From Geosiphon pyriformis uo1 (Eukaryota; Fungi; Glomeromycota): a stretch of DNA of 64,000 nt. Shown in pieces: positions 28,241 through 38,424 of the stretch. Where the stretch lies: positions 62,001-126,000 of the forward strand of contig JAAOMT010000096.1 in NCBI GenBank assembly GCA_016748015.1. Direction: 5' to 3'. A model generated the notes under the pieces. It saw only the letters and a list, made by a program, of their open reading frames with translations, had not been told where the DNA came from and made no database searches. The first letter of the stretch is position 1, and every line of letters starts with the position of its first letter. Both the position numbers and the translations under genes were made by a program.

Positions 28241-29215
28241 TGTTACCAGACAAAATTAGAGATATTATTTAGCATAAAATTATCTTATAATTCCTATCAT
28301 TAATTAGCATTGTTTCAAATTATTACTTATTACATTAGCAAAAATGTCCGAAATTATCATTTAATTAATAACCCAAATTGTACACAACACAAATATAACC
28401 TAATTGCGATGATCAATCATGCAATACCCCGAACTATGTAACATTCAAAAGTTTGCCGAAATTTATAGAAATTTGCTGAAATAATTAATAGTTTACTGAA
28501 ATATCTAATAGTTTGCAGAAATAACTTGTAGTTCACCAAAATGTATCTTTAGTTCAGCAAAATTGTAGAAAATAGCAAAGTTCAAGTTCATAGAATAGTG
28601 TTATGACAAGTTGTATAAAAGAAAAGCTTCTCTTTTCGAGAAAATGTATCTTACTTTTGATTTAACAATTAGAATCATTCTTTATACACAAAAAACAAAA
28701 TAAATATCAAATAATTCGAAAAATCAAATCCTGAATTATTTCACTTTTGAAATTAACTAATTCCTACTAAACAGTTTGAAATTGATTAGCTACCAATTTC
28801 AGTAAACTGTTAGTGACTCCAGGCCTGGATAGAAAACACTTCTCTTGACAGAAATTTTATTTTTTTTACATTTTTTTTATTTTTCTTTTATTTTCTTATT
28901 ACAATCATTAGGGTAGCCTACAGACGAGATTCCTGTAGAAGAGTTGACTTTCACAGCAAAGTAACTACACATTTCTAGTGAGCTTCCAGACGAGCAATTC
29001 CTGGAAAAGAGTTGACATTTACTATAACATAACTACATAAAAGCAACTGGCAAGGAATTGGCCATTCTACTCATAAGCCCAGCAGCTCAAATTATAGGAG
29101 ATAATTTGAGAATAAATTCAGTTATCGAAGGTTCAAACACTTCTCATAATTGTAAATTAACAGCATTACAACAAACATACAAGAGCTAAGAAGAGACCAA
29201 AAACCTCCAGTAATA
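28241..29215 (+). repeat. 5' LTR of A4 (975 bp)
   Basis: Direct repeat of 37124-38424 once the gap duplication is removed. Confidence 0.96.
28613..28652 (+). promoter_or_regulatory. Candidate TATA box of the family A LTR
   Basis: GTATAAAAGAARAGCTTCTCT...AAAATGTATCTT is conserved in all A-type LTRs, including the divergent one at 57907. Confidence 0.55.
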
Positions 29216-29217
29216 TT

Positions 29218-29235
29218 TGGTGCTCTCCTACAGAA
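29218..29235 (+). promoter_or_regulatory. Primer binding site (TGGTGCTCTCC...)
   Basis: TGG 2 nt after the LTR end, complementary to a tRNA ending ...GAGCACCA; conserved in A1. Isoacceptor not determined. Confidence 0.85.
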
Positions 29236-29260
29236 ACAACACAGCAAAAACAACTTCAAA

Positions 29261-32200
29261 GTGGCGACCACACCAGACACAACAACTTTAGAGTATTACC
29301 AATCAATTTACACCCACTGCAAGCAAAGATTCAACATTCCAGACGGAATTGAAATTGTCAAGAAATCAGTATACCAATACATTGAAAACCGCATCAACAA
29401 TTATCTTTTTGGAAATTACAATATCTTAGAAGTTAGAAGCAATCTTTACAATAATTTAGCACACTATTCACAGTTGGGAACTGAAGACCTTAACAGTGAA
29501 ACACTTGCCACTTACTTTCACAAACTTAATTTTAACATTATCAAATACTGTGAAAAAACATATCTAGTGCAGTCTCAATACACTATTGATTTTGAATCAG
29601 AAACAGAAACAAGCAACAAAGGCAAAAACAAATTGAAGCAATACTCAAAAACCACCCCAAATACTCCAATACTACCAAAAACAACTGCCAACCATTTACA
29701 AACACCTGAACAAGGAACCAGTTCAAAACTTCCACTTACTATCACATCTTTTCCAGCTTCATTTGCACAAGCACAAACACCTAATTCACCCTTGAATCGA
29801 TTTGCAAGACCAGAAGATTTTACATCACTCAGAAGTTCCACCAAACAACAAGAACTCCTTTAAACTAGTTCCAATCTCCTTGATTTTCTAGCTGAAAATC
29901 AAAGTAAACACTCTGAGACAGCAGCAAACAAAGAAAACAACTCTGAAATAACTGAAGAAGAATTAATAAACAGTGAAAACGAAGAAGACAAAATGACAAC
30001 ATACATCGCAAAAATCCCTGAATTCAATGGAGAAGATATTGAGACCAGTCCCCAAAAATGGCTTGACCAAGTTACTAAAACTGGAGATGCAAATGAATGG
30101 AATGCTGCCAGAATGTTAAGAACAATTCCCTACTTTCTCAAAGGAACAACAGGAGAATGGTTTGAAAACCTGGCTGCCCCATTTAATGATTGAAATGCTT
30201 TCAAAGCAGCCTTCTTTGAACAGTTCACTGACAATAATACCTCCATTACCCTTCACAATTGTTTTCGAAATATCAAACAAAAACCCTCCAAATCTGTTAT
30301 GACTTATATTGGGAAATTCAACAAACTTCTCAAACAAATTCGCCAACTTGAAACAAATGATTATTATTCCGATGCTCAAATCTTGGATCAATTTATCACT
30401 GGTCTAAAAGATAAACTAATTAAAAAGGTTTGCCCACATGCGCCAAAAGATTTAAACTCTGCCATACAGCATGCGAAAAGATATGAAATGGCCATGAAAG
30501 AGACCAATTGCACAAAACTTGTAAATTTGACAATTGAAGAAACCAGCTCAGCAGCCGAGAAAAAAATTGACCAACTCACAAAGAAGATTGAAAACTATTT
30601 CACCAATCAACAACAACAGCAACCCCAAAAATATCAACCATCCCAAAGACGAAATCAAAATAACTTTGCACCACTTTCTAATAACCAGCCTCAAAATTGC
30701 CATTACTGTGGAATCTCTGGCCACTGGAAAAGAGATTGCAGAAAGCTACAATGGGACCAACAAAATAGGAGTAATCAACATTACCCTCCATCACAGCAAT
30801 CTTATTATCAACCACCACCACCAGCTTACTATCTACCAAGACCCCAATACCAAAATAACTATTATCAGCCAGCCCCACAGCCAATCCAACAGCAATACCA
30901 ACAACCACCCACACAACATTATCAAGTACCTGTTCAAAAACTGATTACATAAAATCAATTCATACCACAAAACTAATACCAAGTAAACAACAATAGAATC
31001 AGTTCGAACAACCAATTGGTTTTCCGAAATTCCACTTAATCAAGACCCAACCACTACCACACTCAACCCAGTTATTTAACAATGCCAGAAGAACAGGAGT
31101 TTCACCATACTGCACCCTCAGAAGATAGAGCTGCAGCACAACAACAAAACTCTTCTCATAATCACACCACTATTCCACCAGCCCGAATTGCTGAAAACGC
31201 CAATCTCACTGATATTTTTTCTTTCGAGTTTGAAGCCAATGAATTACCATTTCTACTTAGCAATGCAGCTGCCAATGAACAAAAAGCAATCACGGCTATG
31301 TACACTGAAGCAGAAGTCAAAGGAAAGACAATTCGCTTGATCCTAGACAGTGGATTCGCCAGAAGCATTATCATCTACCAGTTAATGCAACAGTTGAAGA
31401 AAAATGTCAACTGACCAGTTCAAACAGTAATCGTCACTGCCAATGGCATGAAAAAGACCCCAGTAGGAGAAATTGACAATTTTCCATTTACTCTTGATGG
31501 AATCACCATTCCAGTCAAGATTCTTGTAATAGACGCATCCCAGTACCAAGCTCTCATCGAAAATGATTGGCTTCAAAAAGCCAATGCTAATCTGAATTGG
31601 GAAATACAAGAGTTAACAATTTCCTACCAAGGACGACATGTCCGAGTACTTGCCACTTGTAGTACATTTAACAAACGCTCTGAAAAAGCCCCAGCTTTTG
31701 AATTCAAACCAAAAGAGAAAAAACCCCTTATTGAAACATTCATGGCACTTGGATTAACATCCAACTGGGCCAATAAAACAAAACAAGAACATTTTACCCC
31801 GCACTCTGAACCCAAAACCTCTGGATGGAATATACCTTACTCAAAACCCGAACCAAGAAAACAATGCCTCTATATTCCTCTTAAATGTAAGGACTGCCAC
31901 AAGAAACTATCGTCAATGGAAGCCTATATTTCACTTGAAGAAAAATATGAAAATCATACTTGTTATTACTACAAGGCTTGCCACAGAGAACAATAGGACC
32001 ATCTAATAAAAAGAAGTGGAAAATGGGACAACACCCCTTGTTTGACTTGTAAAGATATGCTACTGGAAGAATGCAATTGGATTGATGTAGCCATAAGAGG
32101 AGGAGTCTGCGATCAGACCTGCCAATATGCTTTATCAATTTCAGAAAAAGTAAAAAGAGGAACACCCTTTAATGCGGCATACAACAGTGCTTTCAACAAA

Positions 32201-34879
32201 CTTTATCACTACCCCCATGATGCTGAGATGATTTTCGACCTAGCAATGGCATTAATTGCTGGAGCTAACAAAGAAGATGTTCGCCAAATGAAAGAAGCAG
32301 AATACATTGAATACACCATGGAATTAGCTGGATTCGGTTATGAAGACGAAGTAGAAGTCTATCACCAAATTGCAAGTCACACCTACTCAATCCAAGAAGC
32401 TCAAATTCAACAATTAGAGCAAATGAACATTAGGCTATGTGAAGAATGCATTATGCTTTGTGATGAACAGTGATGTCCTAAATGCTATGCTCTTAGCATT
32501 TCCTTGCCCAGTGAAAATGATGAATACGAAATTGAATTTGGAGAACTTGAAGCGACAGAAGAAATTGAGACAACACTCACCTATCTCATCGAAAATCAGC
32601 CTGCTTTACAACTCAAATATTTCAACAACAATGGACAAGGAATAAAACCAGAAAAAGTTCACAAGATTAATGCTAGATATGATCTAAAATATCCAGGAAA
32701 AGATACTCTTACTTTCAAACCCAAATCTCTCACAAAAATCAACCTCAAAATTGCCTTTGAAATTCCACTAGGAGCAATGGTTCAAATTGCTTCTCAATCA
32801 TCCTTGGCAAGCAAAAGAATCAATGTTAGAGGAAAAATCATTGATGCTGGATACACAGGAGACATCACAGTCATGTTACAAAATGAAACTGATAAACCTT
32901 TCAAAATTGGATATGCTGAAAAAATTGCTCAAGCTATCTATTTACTCTTAATTAACATTTTGGGTTTACAAGTAGTTAATCAAAGAGAACAGTTGGGAAA
33001 AAGTGAAAGAGAAACACAAGATTTTGGTTCAACTGAATGTTTCACAGTTCCAGTAAACATAGCTCTCAATGAACAGAAAGAATCTTACCAGATTTTACAA
33101 CTTCCACAACCAATTACCATTTCACCCTTTGGAAAACACCCTGAAATTTACATTTGTGAAAAGCCAACAACCACACAACAAATTTTTGAATCAAATGAAC
33201 AAATCTGCTTGAAACATAATATCTTGATCCCAAACATTTATATTCCAGAAGGAACAAAGAAAGTCCGAGTTACTTTTTACAATCCCAACAATTATCCCAT
33301 ACTTTTATTAAATAACTTAGAAATTGGAATCATTCACAGTAACATCTTTCAACAAGAATTACCCCAAACAGTCCCCAATTTTTCTGAAATTATTGGACAT
33401 TCACTACCAAAAATCAACTCAAACTCCAGCTCCGAAAACTACCATATTGTTATGGAAAAACTATCTTGAATTAACATGGGACAACTTGAACCACAACAAC
33501 AAAACCAGCTCAAGAAACTAATTGCAGATTTTGCCGATATCTTTGCCAAAAACAACAATGACCTAGGAAAAACCGATTTGGTGCAACACCAAATCTATAC
33601 AGGAGATGCCAAACCAAGGCGACAACAAGCCTACCGAGTTGCTCCAGAAAGCCACCAATTTATCTGAGAAGAAGTACAACGGATGCTTAACAATGGGCTT
33701 ATTCAACTATCAATGAGTCCATGGGCCTCACCAGTGGTCCTAGTTAAAAAAAAGAATGGAAAGATACAATTTTGTGTTGATTATCGACAACTTAACAGTG
33801 TCACTATTAGGGATGCTTACCCTCTTCTGCAAATCGATGACATGTTAGATGCCCTTGGAAAATCTAAATACTTTTCAACATTAGACCTAGAAAGTGGATA
33901 CTGGTAAGTTGCCATGAATCCTAAGGACTGCCCCAAAACAGCATTCACAACACAAGGAGGAAAATATGAATTCAATGTAATGCCCTTTGGATTATGCAAT
34001 GCGCCAGCAACATTCCAAAGACTCATGGATGTTGTATATGCTGGACTTCTTTGGAAATCAGTAGTTGTCTATCTTAATAACACTGATAGTTATTTCCCAT
34101 TTTTCGAACTTCATTTAATTCACCTGTGAGAAGTTTTTCAACGATTATGTAGGGCAGGATTAAAACTAAACATTGAGAAATGTCATTTTGGAAAAACAAG
34201 TTTGGCCTTTCTTGGTCACATAGTTAGTGAAGAAGGAGTCAAACCAGATCCAGGAAAAATCAGTGCTGTTAAAAAGTTCAAAGTTTCACAAAATACTACA
34301 GAACTAAAAAGATTCATAGGATTAGCATTCTACTATCGGAAGTTTATCAAAAGATTCTCGGAAATTGCAAAACCCCTTAACCAGCTCACCACCAAAAATG
34401 TTGAATACAAATAGACTACTGAACACCAAAAAGCTTTTGAAATTCTCAAGGAAAAACTGACAACAGCTCCAATCCTCGCCTACCCGGATTTCAGCAACCG
34501 ATTTTGACTAGCTACAGATGCTTCATATACTGCTTTTGGTGCCATCTTATCACAACTAGATGACAATAGAAATGAGCGAGTAATTGCTTATGCTAACAGA
34601 ACATTAAAACCAGCTAAGAAAAACTACCCTGCCACAGAACTAGAAACAGCAGCCATAATTTGGGCCCTACACTACTTCAACCTTTATCTCAGGCCTAAAA
34701 AATTCGATATTATCACTGATAATATTGGACTCAAATGGCTTCAGAACAAAAATACTCAGCTGAATGCAAAACAAACCCAATGGACAGGATTTCTAGCAAA
34801 CTATTAATACATAGTACATCACAAACCAGGAAAACTCCACACCAATGTTGACTGTCTCTCCAGAATGAGACAAAATTAG
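29261..34879 (+). pseudogene. Single-frame Gag-PR-Cys-rich-dUTPase-RT-RNaseH polyprotein of A4 (point stops only)
   Basis: The domain-bearing ORF fragments from 29261 to 34202 all start in the same frame. Capsid-like IPEFNGED, CCHC CHYCGISGHWKRDC, PR LILDSG, dUTPase motifs, RT SPWASPVVLV/DYRQLN/MPFGLCNAPATFQR, RH ending HTNVDCLSRMRQN-stop. Confidence 0.95.
32600..33035 (+). pseudogene. dUTPase domain within Pol
   Basis: Trimeric dUTPase motifs: (D)A(G)YDL, AS(R)SSLA, IIDAGYTGDI, KIAQAI, R..Q(G)FGST. The A1 copy retains DAGYDL and GFGST. Confidence 0.93.
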
Positions 34880-34928
34880 AAAACAAAAACCAACACTTAA
34901 CTTAATCAACCAAAAGAGCCAACAAACA

Positions 34929-36293
34929 ATGAATTCAGAAAACTACAACAATCTCAAACAATATTTGGAAACATTAACAATTCCAACAGATTGGTCTCCA
35001 GATGAAAAACATTGACTACAACAACAAGCCAAACAATATTTTCTACACAACAATATTATTTATTATCAAAATTTCAAAAACCCAGACAAACCACTCAGAT
35101 TAATACAAGAACAGAAAAAAGAGACCATATTATACAACATGCACTCAGATTCTTCATCAGCACACTTCAGAAAAGATAGCACCACCCAAAGAACACTAGA
35201 ATACTACTTTTGGCCTCGAATGAGGAAAGACATTCACGAATATGTCAAATCTTATAATAGTTGTCAAAAAAAAGGAGGAACACGCCCTACTGAACCATTA
35301 AATCCAATCAAAGTTGGACAACCCTTTGACCGAGTTGGTATCAATTTAGTCAGACCATTATCTATCACCACTTAAGGAAACCGTTATATTGCAGTAGCTG
35401 TAGACTATTTTACTAAATGGCCTGAAGCCAGAGCCATTCAACGAGCAGATGCGAAATCAGTAGCAAATTTTATCTACAAAGACATCATTTGTAGACATGA
35501 ATGCCCAATAGAACTTTTATCTGATCAAGGAACACATTTTATGAACAATTTAATCCAGGAAATTTGTGGACAATTTAATGTCAAGAGACCATTATCTTCA
35601 CCCTATCATCCACAAACAAATAGACTGGTAGAATAGTTCAACAGAATATTGTGTGAATCATTAGCCAAAGTTTCAACCGATTTTGAGCAAGAATGGGATC
35701 TCTTTATTCCATCAATGTTACTAGCATATAGGACACTAAAACAAGATACCACAAAACACATACCATTTGATTTAACTTACAGAAAGATGGCAACATTACC
35801 AATTAGTTTCACAGTAGAAACATACTCAGCACAACCAATCGATAAAAACAATTTTCAAGAAACGCTTTAACAAAGAGCCTACACTCTGCTTAGCACATTG
35901 GAAGGAAAATGATGAATAGCAGCCACCCATATTGAACACTCTCAAGCTCAACAAAAAGAATGGCATGATGACAAATTGCTTCCAATCACCAATGAATTTA
36001 AAATTGGAAACAAAGTTCTCTTATACAGAACTAAAGCTGAAAAACAATGGAGTGGAAAATTTGAAAATAAATGGGATGAACTATTCTTTATCCATGAAGT
36101 TTTAGGCAACAGATCATACAAGCTAAGACTTGATGACAAAATTCTAGCAAAAGTTGCACATAGAGATTGTTTGAAACACTATAATTCCAGAAACAATCCT
36201 GAACCATTAATTCCACAAATTGGTACACATTCCCTTTTAATCAATCCCGAAGACATTCCCCAAAATTTAGAACCAATAGTTGTCATTGAATAG
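34929..36293 (+). pseudogene. Integrase of A4 (stand-alone ORF; HHCC, DDE core, GPY/F-like C-terminus, no chromodomain)
   Basis: ATG 34929 MNSENYNNLKQYLE; MH.....AHF..YFWP.M..DI..YVKS..SCQ; RVGI(D)LV, LLSDQGTHF, SPYHPQTN.LVE.FN. Different frame from Pol. Confidence 0.93.
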
Positions 36294-36435
36294 CCTCACA
36301 ACTTGAACACTTAATTTAAATTTATTATTATAGTTATCTTCTTATAATTTAGAAACAATCTCACAAAAACAAAACAAAAATAACATAAAAACCCATGCAC
36401 CAAAAATAATTTTCTTTTATTTCAAATCGCTTATA

Positions 36436-37155
36436 ATGACTATTCCTCAAAACATTCAACAATTATTCCAAAAACTAATGTTAGTTTTAAAAACAATACC
36501 CGAATTATCCATTACTGTTATTGGAAACCACATTAATTATACCCAAACAGAAGTAGTTACAAATTTAGCCCCAAATTTACAAAAATATCACCCGTATAAG
36601 AAGAACACAAGAAGTTATACTGGAATTCACCTGCCAAAACTTTTAAAACTTGCTTTAAGAGAAAATCTAATGCTCATTCCGATTAGTATTCTACCAAATG
36701 CTACAATTCAACAAAGACTTCAACTGTGTTTCAATGAGAAAAACACTGAATATCCTCCAATTTATAGATATTTTCACATTGGAAAAACACTCTACAAACA
36801 GAAACTGGAACTTACAACAGCAAACTTCGCAAAAAAAGCTATTCAGAAACAACTTCACAACGAATTCAAGACAACAGCTGGATCAATAAACAGTCGCTAC
36901 AGGCTCAGAGCTGCTCTTAGACTTTATGACCTATTCCACACCTGTGAAAACGTACTACAAAACCCAATTTTTCAACCTTTGAAAATTCAATATATTGAAA
37001 AGCTCACAGAACTGAAATTTCAACAATTTTCAGACCAATTTTCTTCAATAATTTTGGATTATTATCTGGAAATGACAAACAGTACTTGGACTTTGATGGA
37101 GCTCAGTCTTGAGAAGGAGGTTATGTTATCAGATGAAATTAGAGATATTATTTAG
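36436..37155 (+). CDS. Family A ORF3, 239 aa, unknown function
   Basis: Intact ATG-to-stop ORF at the env position, with homologues in all four A copies; overlaps the PPT and the first 32 nt of the 3' LTR. Confidence 0.85.
   Translation: MTIPQNIQQLFQKLMLVLKTIPELSITVIGNHINYTQTEVVTNLAPNLQKYHPYKKNTRSYTGIHLPKLLKLALRENLMLIPISILPNATIQQRLQLCFNEKNTEYPPIYRYFHIGKTLYKQKLELTTANFAKKAIQKQLHNEFKTTAGSINSRYRLRAALRLYDLFHTCENVLQNPIFQPLKIQYIEKLTELKFQQFSDQFSSIILDYYLEMTNSTWTLMELSLEKEVMLSDEIRDII
37111..37120 (+). promoter_or_regulatory. Polypurine tract
   Basis: GAGAAGGAGG, 3 nt before the TG of the 3' LTR. Confidence 0.85.
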
Positions 37156-38424
37156 CATAAAATTATCTTATAATTCCTATTATTAATTAGCATTGTTTCA
37201 AATTATTACTTATTACATTAGCAAAAATGTCCGAAATTATCATTTAATTAATAACCCAAATTGTACACAACACAAATGTAACTTAATTGTGATGATCAAT
37301 CATGCAATACCCCAAACTATGTAATATTCAAAAGTTTGCCGAAATTTATAGAAATTTGCTGAAATAATTGATAGTTCACCAAAATATCTAATAGTTCGCA
37401 GAAATAACTTGTAGTTCGCCAAAATGTATCTTTAGTTCAGCAAAATTGTAGAAAATAGCAAAGTTCAAGTTCATAGAATAGTGTTACGACAAGTTGTATA
37501 AAAGAAGAGCTTCNNNNNNNNNNNNNNNNNNNNACTTATTACATTAGCAAAAATGTCCGAAATTATCATTTAATTAATAACCCAAATTGTACACAACACA
37601 AATGTAACTTAATTGTGATGATCAATCATGCAATACCCCAAACTATGTAATATTCAAAAGTTTGCCGAAATTTATAGAAATTTGCTGAAATAATTGATAG
37701 TTCACCAAAATATCTAATAGTTCGCAGAAATAACTTGTAGTTCGCCAAAATGTATCTTTAGTTCAGCAAAATTGTAGAAAATAGCAAAGTTCAAGTTCAT
37801 AGAATAGTGTTACGACAAGTTGTATAAAAGAAGAGCTTCTCTTTTCGAGAAAATGTATCTTACTTTTGATTTAACAATTAGAATCATTCTTTACACACAA
37901 AAAACGAAATAAATATCAAATAATTCGAAAAATCAAATCCTGAATTATTTCACTTTTGAAATTAACTAATTCCTACTAAACAGTTTGAAATTGATTAGCT
38001 ACCAATTTCAGTAAACTGTTAGTGACTCCAGGCCTGGATAGAAAACGTTTCCCTTGACAGAAATTTTATTTCTTTTACATTTCTTTTATTTTTCTTTTAT
38101 TTTCTTATTACAATCATTAGGGTAGCCTACAGACAAGATTCCTGTAGAAGAGTTGACTTTCACAGCAAAATAACTACACATTTCTAGTGAGCTTCCAGAC
38201 GAGCAATTCCTGGGAAAGAGTTAACGTTTACTATAATGTAACTACATAAAAGCAACTGGCAAGGAATTGGCCATTCTACTCATAAGCCCAGCAGCTCAAA
38301 TTATAGGAGATAATTTGAGGATAAATTCAGTTATCAGAGGTTCAAACACTTCCCATAATTGTAAATTAACAGCATTACAACAAACATACAAGAGCTAAAA
38401 AGAGACCAAAAACCTCTGGTAACA
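37124..38424 (+). repeat. 3' LTR of A4 (contains a 20-N gap with overlap duplication)
   Basis: Matches the 5' LTR; 37207-37513 is repeated after the Ns. Confidence 0.93.

Larger units (their letters stand above)
28241..38424 (+). mobile_element. Full-length Ty3/Gypsy family A, copy A4 (youngest, best preserved)
   Basis: Ends TGTTACCAGA...TCTGGTAACA; perfect TSD GCTT (28237-28240, 38425-38428); near-identical LTRs, PBS, PPT and complete domain set. Confidence 0.97.

Noticed and set aside
28855-28912. Splice acceptor (T-rich tract plus AG) in the family A LTR
   Set aside because: The AG context is not clearly conserved across LTR copies and no donor was identified; it cannot be supported without RNA data.
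28915-29036. Calling the LTR hairpin an iron-responsive element or a known ribozyme
   Set aside because: The bulge is G rather than C, the loop is not CAGUGN, and there is no CUGANGA/GAAA or twister/pistol core. Reported as an unknown structure instead.
29261-34879. Alternative genetic code or programmed readthrough explaining the internal stops
   Set aside because: Stops are of all three types, differ between copies and correspond to Gln, Arg or Trp codons, which indicates mutational decay.
37207-37833. Apparent tandem duplication within the 3' LTR of A4
   Set aside because: The two identical copies flank a 20-N gap and the 5' LTR has only one, so this is a scaffolding overlap artefact.
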